Shown in pieces: positions 53,212-63,140 of a DNA stretch of 64,000 nucleotides (the stretch's first letter is position 1; each line of letters opens with the position of its first letter). The notes below the pieces were generated by a model. It was not told the DNA's origin. It saw only the letters and a program-made list of their open reading frames with translations, and searched no databases. The translations under genes and the position numbers were made by a program. The stretch is from Ruminococcus bicirculans (ex Wegman et al. 2014) (GTDB lineage Bacteria; Bacillota; Clostridia; Oscillospirales; Oscillospiraceae), in NCBI GenBank assembly GCA_963649145.1, contig CAVJGI010000002.1:4105-68104 (forward strand), given 5' to 3'.

Positions 53212-54638
53212 TGGGCGGCTTTTTCGGCGCGGTTTCGAGCCGCAATGTCGTACTGGACGTCTTTTTCGGTACGGATTACCACAGTCACCTCGGCACGCGC
53301 AACGCCGGGCTCGCGTTCTGGGACGGCGAGCGCGGCTGCCAGCGCCAGATCCACTCTATCGCGAACACGCCCTTCCGCACGCGCTTTGAGGACGATCTCC
53401 CGGAGTTTCAAGGGCACTGCGGCATCGGCTGCATCAGCGACAGCGACCCCCAGCCGCTGCTCGTGCGCTCCCATCTCGGACTTTACGCCATCACGACCGT
53501 CGGCATGATCGCGAACGCCGAAGAGCTGGTGCAGACTTATTTCTCCGACCACGGCCACCAGTTTATGGCGATGAGCTCCGGCGCGGTGAACGCCACGGAG
53601 CTCGTCGCGGCGCTCATCAACGAGAAGGAGACGCTCGCCGAGGGCATCGTCCACGCCCAGAGCCTCATCGACGGCGCGATGAGCATCCTGCTCATGACGG
53701 GCGAGGGCGAGATCATCGCCGCGCGCGACCGCTGCGGACGCCTGCCCGTGCTGCTTGGGCAGAGCGAGGAGGGCTGCTGCGTCTCCTTCGAGTCCTTCGC
53801 TTACCAGAAGCTCGGCTATCATAATTTAGCCGAGCTCGGTCCCGGCGAGGTCGTGCGCCTAGGGCGCACGGGCTATGAGACGCTCGTTCCGGCAAAGCCG
53901 GAGAACCTCAAGATCTGCGCCTTTCTCTGGACCTATTACGGCTACCCGAACTCCAACTACGAGGGCGTGAACGTGGAGCTGATGCGCTACCGCAACGGCG
54001 CGGTCATGGCGCGCAGCGAGCGCGAGCGCGGCACGATGCCGGACGTGGACTATGTCGCCGGCGTGCCCGATTCCGGGATTCCCCACGCCATCGGCTACGC
54101 GACGGAGAGCGGCAGACCCTTCGCCCGCCCCTTCGTGAAATACACCCCGACATGGCCGCGCTCGTTTATGCCGAGCAGTCAGGCGGTGCGCGATCAGGTC
54201 GCCAAGATGAAGCAGATCCCGGTCCCGGAGCTCATCGAGGGCAAAAAGCTGCTTTTTGTGGACGACTCCATCGTCCGCGGCACCCAGCTGCGCGAAACGG
54301 TCGATTTTCTCTATGAATCCGGCGCGGAGGAGGTCCACATGCGCTCGGCGTGCCCGCCGATCATGCATGTCTGCAAATATTTGAATTTCTCCCGCGGCAA
54401 CTCCGAGCAGGAGCTGCTGACCCGGCGGACCATCCGCCGTCTGGAGGGCGAGGCGGGGGACGCCCATGTGAAGGAATACGCCGACGCTTCCACGGAGCGG
54501 GGACAGTGCCTGCTTCACGCCATCTGCAAGGAAATGGGCTTCCAGTCCCTCGGCTATCAGACGCTGGACGGACTGCTGGAGGCGATCGGACTCGATAAAG
54601 ACAAGGTCTGCACCTATTGCTGGACCGGAGAGGAGTGA
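53211..54638 (+). CDS. purF: amidophosphoribosyltransferase-like protein lacking the N-terminal nucleophile Cys
   Basis: The PRTase domain is intact (LLFVDDSIVRGTQL, GVPDSGIPHAIGYA), and Fe-S-type Cys residues are retained (CAF..., ACPPIMHVC, CTYCW). The N-terminus reads MGGFFG instead of (M)CG(I/V)xG. Confidence 0.8.
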   Translation: MGGFFGAVSSRNVVLDVFFGTDYHSHLGTRNAGLAFWDGERGCQRQIHSIANTPFRTRFEDDLPEFQGHCGIGCISDSDPQPLLVRSHLGLYAITTVGMIANAEELVQTYFSDHGHQFMAMSSGAVNATELVAALINEKETLAEGIVHAQSLIDGAMSILLMTGEGEIIAARDRCGRLPVLLGQSEEGCCVSFESFAYQKLGYHNLAELGPGEVVRLGRTGYETLVPAKPENLKICAFLWTYYGYPNSNYEGVNVELMRYRNGAVMARSERERGTMPDVDYVAGVPDSGIPHAIGYATESGRPFARPFVKYTPTWPRSFMPSSQAVRDQVAKMKQIPVPELIEGKKLLFVDDSIVRGTQLRETVDFLYESGAEEVHMRSACPPIMHVCKYLNFSRGNSEQELLTRRTIRRLEGEAGDAHVKEYADASTERGQCLLHAICKEMGFQSLGYQTLDGLLEAIGLDKDKVCTYCWTGEE

Positions 54639-54646
54639 GAACCCCT

Positions 54647-55684
54647 ATGGAAAATTCCCATTCTGAGGCCTACGCCGCCGCGGGCGTGGATATCGAAGCG
54701 GGCTACGCCGGTGTTCAGCTCATGAAAGCCGACGTTGCGCGCACGCGCATCCCCGGCGTTTTAAGCGAGCTCGGCGGCTTCGGCGGCGTGTTCGCGCCGG
54801 ACTTCTCCGGAATGGACGAGCCCGTGCTCGTCTCCGGAACGGACGGCGTCGGCACCAAGCAGCGCATCGCGCAGCTTTTAGGCCGTCACGACACCGTCGG
54901 CATCGACTGCGTCGCCATGTGCGTCAACGATATCGTATGCTGCGGCGCAAAGCCCCTTTTCTTCCTCGACTATATCGCCATCGGCAAAAATGTGCCGGAA
55001 AAGGTCGCCGCGCTGGTCTCCGGCGTGGCGGAGGGCTGCGTCCGCGCCGGCTGCGCGCTCATCGGCGGCGAGACCGCGGAGCACCCCGGCACGATGGCGG
55101 CGGGGGACTATGACCTCGCGGGCTTTTCCGTCGGCGTTGCCGACCGGAAAAAGCTCATCGACGGCTCCGCCGTCCGCCCCGGCGACGTGATCCTGGCGCT
55201 GCCGAGCAGCGGACTGCACTCCAACGGCTACTCCCTCGTGCGCCGTGTGTTCGACGTGGAGCGCGCCGACCTCGGCAGGTATGTCGATGCCCTCGGCGAG
55301 ACGCTCGGCGACGCGCTGCTGACGCCGACGGAGATCTATGTGAAGCCCGTCCTCGCCGCCGTCGCCGCCGCGGAGGTCCATGGCGTCAGCCACATCACGG
55401 GCGGCGGCTTTTACGAAAACATTCCCCGCGCCCTCCCGAAGGGGCTTTCCGCGCGCCTTGACCGCGCGGCGATTCAGACGCCGCCGATCTTCGCGCTGCT
55501 CCAGCGCGAGGGGAATATCTCCGAGCGCGATATGTTCAACACTTACAATATGGGCGTCGGCATGAGCATGACCGTCTCACGCGAAACGGCGGACGCCGCG
55601 CTCGAAGCCCTGCGTGAAAACGGCTGCGCGGCTTATATCCTCGGCGAGGTCGCCGAGGGCGGAGAGCGGGTGCAGCTATGCTGA
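54647..55684 (+). CDS. purM: AIR synthetase
   Basis: YAAAGVDIEAG, SGTDGVGTK and GGETAEHPG motifs. Confidence 0.95.
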   Translation: MENSHSEAYAAAGVDIEAGYAGVQLMKADVARTRIPGVLSELGGFGGVFAPDFSGMDEPVLVSGTDGVGTKQRIAQLLGRHDTVGIDCVAMCVNDIVCCGAKPLFFLDYIAIGKNVPEKVAALVSGVAEGCVRAGCALIGGETAEHPGTMAAGDYDLAGFSVGVADRKKLIDGSAVRPGDVILALPSSGLHSNGYSLVRRVFDVERADLGRYVDALGETLGDALLTPTEIYVKPVLAAVAAAEVHGVSHITGGGFYENIPRALPKGLSARLDRAAIQTPPIFALLQREGNISERDMFNTYNMGVGMSMTVSRETADAALEALRENGCAAYILGEVAEGGERVQLC

Positions 55685-56310
55685 GCGCAGCGCGCGCCCG
55701 CATCGCGGTGCTCGTCTCCGGCGGCGGGACGAATTTACAGGCGCTTCTGGACGCCGAGCGCGCCGGTACGCTCCGGAGCGGGACCGTCGCCCTCGTCGTC
55801 TCCAACAACTCCGCGGCTTACGCGCTGACCCGCGCCGAGCGCGCCGGGGTGGAGCGCGCGGTGCTGACCCGCGCTGCATGCGCCTCGCAGGAGGGCTTTG
55901 AAGCGGCGCTGACCGCGCTGCTGGAGGAGAAGGAGATCGACCTCATCATCCTCGCCGGCTTCCTCAGCATTTTGAGCGCCGATTTCACGCGGCGCTATGA
56001 CCGGCGCATCCTGAACGTTCACCCCTCGCTCATCCCGTCTTTCTGCGGCAAGGGCTTTTACGGGCTCCGCGTCCACGAGACGGCACTCGCGCGCGGCGTG
56101 AAGATCACGGGCGCGACGGTACACTATGTCAACGAGATCCCCGACGGGGGACGCATCCTGCTCCAGAAGGCGGTGGCGGTCCGACCGGACGACACGCCGG
56201 AGACGCTGCAAAGGCGCGTGATGGAGCAGGCGGAGTGGATCATCCTGCCGCAGGCGGCGGAGATGGTCTCCGCCAATATTCTGAAAAAGAAAGCGGGGAG
56301 AGCGCTATGA
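55678..56310 (+). CDS. purN: GAR formyltransferase
   Basis: IAVLVSGGGTNLQAL, NVHPSLIP and TVHYVNEIPDGG motifs. Confidence 0.93.
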   Translation: MLSAARARIAVLVSGGGTNLQALLDAERAGTLRSGTVALVVSNNSAAYALTRAERAGVERAVLTRAACASQEGFEAALTALLEEKEIDLIILAGFLSILSADFTRRYDRRILNVHPSLIPSFCGKGFYGLRVHETALARGVKITGATVHYVNEIPDGGRILLQKAVAVRPDDTPETLQRRVMEQAEWIILPQAAEMVSANILKKKAGRAL

Positions 56311-56939
56311 CCGACCTTCTGGAGCTTCTGAGATCGAACCCCTATCCCGGCCGCGGCATCGTCGTCGGCGCGGGGCGCGTTTATTACTTCATCATGGGCC
56401 GCAGCGAAAACAGCCGCAACCGCATCTTCGCCGAAACGCCGGACGGCATCCGCACGGAGGCGTTTGACCCGGCGAAGCTTGCCGACCCCAGCCTCATCAT
56501 CTATCACCCCGTCCGCCGCGTTCCCGGCGCGCTCATCGTCACGAACGGCGACCAGACGGACACCATCCGCGACACCGGCGATTTCCGCGCCGCGTTGGAA
56601 ACGAGGGAATTTGAGCCGGACGCGCCGAACTATACGCCGCGCATCTCCGCCGTCTGTTATGACACCGGCGCGTTCGAGCTTTCCATCTTAAAGCGCGTGC
56701 AGGGGCGCTGCCTGCGGGAATTTTTCGCCTACGCCGGCTGCGAGCCGGGGACCGGCTTTTTCCTCAGCACCTATCAGGGCGACGGCGACCCGCTGCCGAG
56801 CTTTTCCGGCGAGCCGGTCGAGGTCACCATGCCGGAACCGGAGGCGGTCTGGGGCGCGCTGAACGCGGAGAACAAGGTTGCGCTTTATGCAAACGTCGGC
56901 GGCAGCGTCCGCCTTTTCAACAAACATCTGGGGGACTGA
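56307..56939 (+). CDS. purO: PurO-type IMP cyclohydrolase-like protein
   Basis: ATGA overlap with the purN stop. NPYPGRGIVVG N-terminus, ~210 aa. It sits next to an AICARFT-only purH. Confidence 0.7.
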   Translation: MTDLLELLRSNPYPGRGIVVGAGRVYYFIMGRSENSRNRIFAETPDGIRTEAFDPAKLADPSLIIYHPVRRVPGALIVTNGDQTDTIRDTGDFRAALETREFEPDAPNYTPRISAVCYDTGAFELSILKRVQGRCLREFFAYAGCEPGTGFFLSTYQGDGDPLPSFSGEPVEVTMPEPEAVWGALNAENKVALYANVGGSVRLFNKHLGD

Positions 56940-56944
56940 GACTT

Positions 56945-58123
56945 ATGACGGAACTGGAACTGAAATACGGCTGCAATCCGAACCAGAAGCCCGCGCGCAT
57001 TTACCGGCGCGACGGCGGCGAGCTGCCCATCGAGGTGCTGAACGGCAAACCGGGCTACATCAATTTTCTCGACGCCTTCAATTCGTGGCAGCTCGTGCGC
57101 GAGCTGCGCGCGGCGACGGGGCTTCCCGCCGCCGCGAGCTTCAAGCATGTCTCGCCCGCCGGAGCCGCCATCGGGCTCCCGCTCAGCGAGACGGAGCGGA
57201 AGATCTATTTCGCCGAGGACGCCGCGGCGCTGACGCCCGTCGCCTGCGCCTATATCCGTGCCCGCGGCGCGGACCGGCTCTGCTCTTACGGCGACTGGGC
57301 GGCGCTCAGCGACGTCTGCGACGAGGCGACGGCGCGTTATCTGAAAAACGAGGTCTCCGACGGCATCATCGCGCCGGGCTACACCCCCGCCGCGCTGGAG
57401 ATCCTGAAAAGCAAGAAAAAGGGGAACTACAACATCGTCCGCATCGACCCCGACTATGTTCCGGCGGCACTGGAGACGCGCGACGTGTTCGGCGTCACCT
57501 TTGCGCAGGGACGCTCCGACGCGGAGATCACGGCGGCGCTGCTCGGCAATATCGTGACGGAGAATAAGCGTCTGCCGGACGAGGCTAAGCTCGATATGTT
57601 AACGGCGATGATCACGCTGAAATACACCCAGTCCAACTCCGTCTGCTACGTCAAGAACGGGCAGGCGATCGGCGTCGGCGCGGGGCAGCAGAGCCGCATC
57701 CACTGCACGCGCCTCGCCGGGCAGAAGGCGGATAACTGGTATCTGCGCCAGCACCCGCAGGTGCTCGCGCTGCGCTTCGTGGACGGCATCCGCCGCCCGG
57801 ACCGCGACAACGCGATCGACGTCTATCTCTCCGACGAGAGCGACGACGTGCTCGACGACGGCGCATGGCAGGCGGTGTTCGCCGAGCGCCCCGCGCCGCT
57901 CAGCGCGGCGGAAAAGCGCGCTTGGATCGCGACGCAGCACGGCGTGACCGTCGGCAGCGACGCATTCTTCCCCTTCGGCGACAATGTGGAGCGCGCCCGC
58001 AAAAGCGGCGTGGACTACATCGTCGAGCCGGGCGGCAGCATCCGCGACGACCACGTGATCGCGACGGCGGATAAATACGGCATCGTGATGGCGTTCACGG
58101 GGCTGCGGCTGTTCCACCACTGA
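56945..58123 (+). CDS. purH: AICAR formyltransferase (PurH C-terminal-domain-only form)
   Basis: LKYGCNPNQ, SFKHVSPAGAA and GGSIRDD motifs. There is no MGS-like cyclohydrolase domain. Confidence 0.88.
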   Translation: MTELELKYGCNPNQKPARIYRRDGGELPIEVLNGKPGYINFLDAFNSWQLVRELRAATGLPAAASFKHVSPAGAAIGLPLSETERKIYFAEDAAALTPVACAYIRARGADRLCSYGDWAALSDVCDEATARYLKNEVSDGIIAPGYTPAALEILKSKKKGNYNIVRIDPDYVPAALETRDVFGVTFAQGRSDAEITAALLGNIVTENKRLPDEAKLDMLTAMITLKYTQSNSVCYVKNGQAIGVGAGQQSRIHCTRLAGQKADNWYLRQHPQVLALRFVDGIRRPDRDNAIDVYLSDESDDVLDDGAWQAVFAERPAPLSAAEKRAWIATQHGVTVGSDAFFPFGDNVERARKSGVDYIVEPGGSIRDDHVIATADKYGIVMAFTGLRLFHH

Positions 58124-58143
58124 AAATAACCGGGAGGGAGAAT

Positions 58144-59409
58144 ATGAAGCTTCTCGTTGTCGGCGGCGGAGGCCGCGAGCATGCGATCATCAAAAAGTTG
58201 AAGGAAAACCCCACCGTCGGGACCGTTTACGCCCTGCCGGGCAACGGCGGCATCGCGGCGGACGCGGTCTGCGTGCCGATCGCCGCGACGGACATTGACG
58301 CTATCTGCGATTTCGCCGCGGAAAACGGCGTGGATTACGCCGTCGTTGCGCCGGATGACCCGCTCGCCGCGGGCTGCGTGGACGCACTGACGGCGCGGGG
58401 CGTGCCCTGCTTCGGACCGACAAAGGCGGCGGCGGAGATCGAGAGCAGCAAGGTCTTTGCCAAAAACCTGATGCGCAAATACGGCATCCCCACGGCGGAC
58501 TACCGCGTTTTCACCTCCGCGGCGGAGGCGGAGGCTTATCTCGCGAGCGCACCGCTGCCCGCCGTCATCAAGGCGGATGGGCTCGCGCTCGGCAAGGGCG
58601 TCGTCATCGCCGAGACGCGCGAAGCGGCGATGGACGCCGTGCGCGGGATGATGGAGGACAAAAAGTTCGGCGCGAGCGGAGAGACGATCGTCGTTGAGGA
58701 ATTTCTCACCGGACCGGAGGTCTCCGTCTTAGCGTTCACGGACGGGGAGACGCTCCGCCCGATGGTGTCCTCCATGGACCATAAGCGCGCGCTCGACGGC
58801 GACCGGGGGCTCAATACCGGCGGCATGGGCGCCGTCGCGCCGAATCCCTATTACACCCCGGCAGTCGCGGCGGAGTGCATGGAGAAAATTTTCCTGCCCA
58901 CGATCCGCGCCATGAAAGCGGAGGGGAGACCCTTCCGCGGCTGCCTTTATTTCGGGCTGATGCTGACGCCGCAGGGTCCCAAGGTCATTGAATATAACTG
59001 CCGCTTCGGGGACCCGGAGACGCAGGCGGTGCTCCCGCTGCTCGAAAGCGACCTGCTTATCGTGATGCGCGCCGTCACGGACGGCACGCTCGCCAAAACG
59101 CCGGTGCGCTGGCGCACGGGATTTTCCTGCTGCGTCGTGCTCGTGTCCGAGGGATATCCGCAGCACTATGAGACGGGCTTCCCGATCACCGTCCCGGACG
59201 ATCTGCCCGCGGAGGTCTTCGTCGCGGGCGCGAAGGAGCGCCGCGGTGTGCTCTATACCGCCGGGGGCCGCGTGCTCGGCTGCACCTGCGTGGCGCGCTC
59301 GCTCCGCGAGGCGGTAGACGGCGCTTACCGCGCGGCGGAGCAGATCAGCTTTGAAAATGTTTACTACCGGCACGACATTGGCGCGAAGGCGCTCGCCGCG
59401 GAGGGGTGA
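58144..59409 (+). CDS. purD: GAR synthetase
   Basis: KLLVVGGGGREHA and the ATP-grasp motifs. Confidence 0.95.
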   Translation: MKLLVVGGGGREHAIIKKLKENPTVGTVYALPGNGGIAADAVCVPIAATDIDAICDFAAENGVDYAVVAPDDPLAAGCVDALTARGVPCFGPTKAAAEIESSKVFAKNLMRKYGIPTADYRVFTSAAEAEAYLASAPLPAVIKADGLALGKGVVIAETREAAMDAVRGMMEDKKFGASGETIVVEEFLTGPEVSVLAFTDGETLRPMVSSMDHKRALDGDRGLNTGGMGAVAPNPYYTPAVAAECMEKIFLPTIRAMKAEGRPFRGCLYFGLMLTPQGPKVIEYNCRFGDPETQAVLPLLESDLLIVMRAVTDGTLAKTPVRWRTGFSCCVVLVSEGYPQHYETGFPITVPDDLPAEVFVAGAKERRGVLYTAGGRVLGCTCVARSLREAVDGAYRAAEQISFENVYYRHDIGAKALAAEG

Positions 59410-59415
59410 AACAAA

Positions 59416-62400
59416 ATGGTTTACAGAGTTTTCGTAGAGAAAAAGCCCGGACTTGCCGCGGAAGCGGACCGCCTTCTGCGCGACGCGCGGGAGCTGCTCG
59501 GTGTCTCCGGTCTGGAGCACGTTCGCGTTTTGAACCGCTACGACGCCGAGGGGCTCGGCGAGGCGCTCTTCGAGACCGCCTGCCGCAGCGTGTTTTCCGA
59601 GCCGCAGGTGGATAACGTCTGCGCCGAGCCCGACCTCACCGGCGCGGCGGCGGTGTTCGCCGCGGAGTATCTGCCCGGACAGTTCGACCAGCGCGCGGAC
59701 AGCGCCGCCCAGTGCATCCAGCTCATCTCCCGCACCGAGCGCCCCGCCGTGCGCTCGGCGAAGGTCTACGCGCTCTACGGCGCGCTGACGGACGCCGAGA
59801 TCGAAAAGATCAGGAAATACGTCATCAACCCGGTCGACTCCCGCGTTTCCTCGCCGGATAAGCCGGAGACGCTTGTCCTCGATTATGACCGCCCGGATTC
59901 CGTGGAGACGCTCACGGGCTTCCGGGAGCTGGACCGCGCGGGGCTGGAGCGCTTCGCCGCGGAGCGGGGGCTCGCCATGGACTGCGGCGACCTCGCGTTC
60001 TGCCAGCGCTATTTCCGCGACGAGCGGCGCGATCCGACGATCACGGAGATCCGCGTGATCGACACCTATTGGTCCGACCACTGCCGCCACACGACCTTCA
60101 ACACCGTGCTGGACGACGTGCGCTTTGCCGACCCGCTTTTAGAGCGCGCATGGCGGCATTATCTCGATACCCGCGCCGCGCTCGGCAGGACGAAGCCCGT
60201 TTCGCTGATGGACCTCGGCACCATCGCGGCAAAGGCGCTGAGGGCTGCGGGACGGCTCCCGAAAATCGACGAGAGCGAGGAGATCAACGCCTGCACCGTG
60301 AAGCTGGACGTCACGGTGGACGGAAAGGCCGAGCCGTGGCTGCTGCTTTTCAAGAACGAGACCCATAACCACCCGACGGAGATCGAGCCCTTCGGCGGCG
60401 CGGCGACATGCATCGGCGGCGCGATCCGCGACCCGCTCTCCGGCAGGGGCTATGTTTACGGCGCGATGCGCCTCACGGGGGCTGCCGACCCGCTTGCGGC
60501 TGTGGACGAAGCGCTGCCGGGCAAGCTGCCCCAGCGCAAGATCTGCACCGGCGCGGCGGAGGGCTATTCCTCTTACGGCAACCAGATCGGGCTCGCCACC
60601 GGGCTCGTGGACGAGGTATATCACCCCGGCTACGCCGCCAAGCGCATGGAGATCGGCGCGGTCATCGCCGCGGCTCCCGCCGCCAATGTGCGCCGCGAGC
60701 GCCCGGCTCCGGAGGATGTGGTCATCCTCCTCGGCGGCAGCACGGGGCGAGACGGCATCGGCGGCGCGACGGGCTCCAGCCGCGCCCACGACAGCCGCTC
60801 CGTGGAGCGCTGCGGCGCGGAGGTGCAGAAGGGCAACGCCCCGGAGGAGCGCAAGCTCCAGCGCCTGTTCCGGAACCCGGCGGCGAGCCGCCTCATCAAG
60901 CGCTGCAACGATTTCGGCGCGGGCGGCGTCTCCGTCGCCGTCGGCGAGCTCGCCGACGGGCTGGACATCGACCTCGACGCGGTGCCGAAAAAATATGAGG
61001 GACTCGACGGCACGGAGCTCGCCATCAGCGAGTCGCAGGAGCGCATGGCGGTCGTCGTCGCGCCGGAGGACGCGGCGCAGTTCCTTGCGCTTGCGGCGGA
61101 GGAGAATCTTCAGGCAGTTCCCGTCGCGCGCGTGACGGCGGAGCCGCGGCTTCATATGCGCTGGAACGGCAATCTGATCGTGGATGTTTCCCGCGCGTTT
61201 CTGGATACGAACGGCGCGGAAAAGCACGCCGACGCCGCACCCGCGGCAGCGGCGCTGAAGCCGCAGCGCATAGGCGGCGGTTTTGCCGAAAACCTCCGCG
61301 CGCTCGCCGGGAGCCTGCAATGCTGCACGCGGCGCGGACTTTCCGAGCGCTTTGACTCTACGATCGGCGCGGGCACGGTGCTGATGCCCTTCGGCGGCGC
61401 GCGGCAGCGCACCCCGATTCAGGCGATGGCGCAGAAAATTTCGCTCGAACGCGGCGAAACGGAGGACTGCACGCTGATGAGCTGGGGCTTTGACCCCGCG
61501 CTCTCGTCGGAGAGCCCTTACCACGGCGCTTACTGCGCGGTGGTGGAGTCCGTCTGCCGCCTCATCGCCTCCGGCGCGGCGTTTGAAGACGTTTACCTCA
61601 GCTTTCAGGAATATTTCCCCCGCCTCGGCGCGTCGCCGGAGCGCTGGGGGCAGCCGCTCGCGGCGCTGCTCGGCGCGTTCGAGGCGCAGATGGCGCTCGG
61701 CGTCGCCGCCATCGGCGGCAAGGACTCCATGAGCGGCAGCTTCGAGTCGCTGGACGTCCCGCCGACGCTCGTCTCCTTCGCCGTGACGCACGGCAAAACG
61801 GGGGAGGTCGTGAGCCCGGAATTCAAGTCCGCGGGCAGCAGCGCCATATTGCTCACGGCGGAGACGGACGAAAACGGACTTCCGACGGGGGAGAGCCTCG
61901 CAGCGCTCTTTGCGCGCGTGACGGCGCTGCTCCGCAGCGGGAGGGCAGTCGCGTGCTACGCCCCCGGCGCGGGCGGCATCGCCGACGCAGTGCTTAAAAT
62001 GTGCCTCGGCAATGGGCTCGGCTTCCGCTTTGCGGCGGGGCTGGATATGGCGGCGCTCTTTACCCGCCGCTGCGGAGCTTTTGTGCTGGAGGTTACGGAG
62101 CGCGTCCCCGGCGCGCTGACGCTCGGCGAGGTGACGGCGGAGCCGGAGCTCACGCTCGGCGGGGAGACGGTCTCCCTCGCGGAGCTGGAGGCGCTCTCCG
62201 AGGCGAAGCTGGAGCCGGTCTATCCGAGCTGCGCCCCGGCGCACTCCGGCGCGGCCGAGGATTTTGGCTATGCCGGACCGCGGCAGGCTTCCCCGGTACA
62301 TATCCGCACGGCGAAGCCGCGCTTCCTCATCCCGGTCTTTCCGGGCACAAACTGCGAATACGACAGCGCCCGCGCGGTCGAGCATGCCGGCGGCGAGGCG

Positions 62401-63111
62401 GAAATTTTCATCGTGCGCAACCTCAGTGCCGCGGACGTGGAGCGCAGCGTGGAGCGCTTTGCCGCGCGCGTGCGCGATGCGCAGGCGATCTTCATCCCCG
62501 GCGGCTTCTCCGGCGGCGACGAGCCGGACGGCAGCGGAAAATTCATCACGGCGTTCTTCCGCTCCGGCGCGGTGCGCGAGGCGGTAACGGCGCTGCTCGA
62601 CGAGCGCGGCGGGCTCATGTGCGGCATCTGCAACGGCTTTCAGGCGCTCATCAAGTTAGGACTCGTGCCTTACGGACGGATCCTCGACACGGACGAGAAC
62701 TGCCCGACGCTGACGCATAACCTCATCGGACGCCACCAGTCCCGCATCGTGCGCACGCGCATTGCGTCGAATAAGTCCCCGTGGCTCGCCGAGACGCGTG
62801 TCGGCGAGGTGTATTCCGTTCCCGTTTCCCACGGCGAGGGCAGATTCTTTGCCGACGAAGCGCTCATCCGCCGCCTTGCGGAAAACGGCCAGATCGCGAC
62901 GCAGTACGCCGACGACGCCGGGCATGCGTCCATGGATATCCGCTTCAACCCGAACGGCTCCGCCTTCGCCGTCGAGGGCATCACCTCGCCGGACGGCAGG
63001 GTCTTCGGCAAGATGGGCCACGCCGAGCGCGTGGGATCGGGGCTTTACAAAAACGTTCCGGGCGATTATAATATCAAAATGTTTGCGTCCGCTGTGCGGT
63101 ATTTCAAGTAA
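59416..63111 (+). CDS. purL: FGAM synthase, single-chain large form (PurS/L/Q fused)
   Basis: 1231 aa. It has the C-terminal glutaminase GICNGFQAL...HGEG and central FGAM synthase domains. Confidence 0.95.
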   Translation: MVYRVFVEKKPGLAAEADRLLRDARELLGVSGLEHVRVLNRYDAEGLGEALFETACRSVFSEPQVDNVCAEPDLTGAAAVFAAEYLPGQFDQRADSAAQCIQLISRTERPAVRSAKVYALYGALTDAEIEKIRKYVINPVDSRVSSPDKPETLVLDYDRPDSVETLTGFRELDRAGLERFAAERGLAMDCGDLAFCQRYFRDERRDPTITEIRVIDTYWSDHCRHTTFNTVLDDVRFADPLLERAWRHYLDTRAALGRTKPVSLMDLGTIAAKALRAAGRLPKIDESEEINACTVKLDVTVDGKAEPWLLLFKNETHNHPTEIEPFGGAATCIGGAIRDPLSGRGYVYGAMRLTGAADPLAAVDEALPGKLPQRKICTGAAEGYSSYGNQIGLATGLVDEVYHPGYAAKRMEIGAVIAAAPAANVRRERPAPEDVVILLGGSTGRDGIGGATGSSRAHDSRSVERCGAEVQKGNAPEERKLQRLFRNPAASRLIKRCNDFGAGGVSVAVGELADGLDIDLDAVPKKYEGLDGTELAISESQERMAVVVAPEDAAQFLALAAEENLQAVPVARVTAEPRLHMRWNGNLIVDVSRAFLDTNGAEKHADAAPAAAALKPQRIGGGFAENLRALAGSLQCCTRRGLSERFDSTIGAGTVLMPFGGARQRTPIQAMAQKISLERGETEDCTLMSWGFDPALSSESPYHGAYCAVVESVCRLIASGAAFEDVYLSFQEYFPRLGASPERWGQPLAALLGAFEAQMALGVAAIGGKDSMSGSFESLDVPPTLVSFAVTHGKTGEVVSPEFKSAGSSAILLTAETDENGLPTGESLAALFARVTALLRSGRAVACYAPGAGGIADAVLKMCLGNGLGFRFAAGLDMAALFTRRCGAFVLEVTERVPGALTLGEVTAEPELTLGGETVSLAELEALSEAKLEPVYPSCAPAHSGAAEDFGYAGPRQASPVHIRTAKPRFLIPVFPGTNCEYDSARAVEHAGGEAEIFIVRNLSAADVERSVERFAARVRDAQAIFIPGGFSGGDEPDGSGKFITAFFRSGAVREAVTALLDERGGLMCGICNGFQALIKLGLVPYGRILDTDENCPTLTHNLIGRHQSRIVRTRIASNKSPWLAETRVGEVYSVPVSHGEGRFFADEALIRRLAENGQIATQYADDAGHASMDIRFNPNGSAFAVEGITSPDGRVFGKMGHAERVGSGLYKNVPGDYNIKMFASAVRYFK

Positions 63112-63140
63112 GCAAAAATTTTATTTCAGGAGGAGACGAC

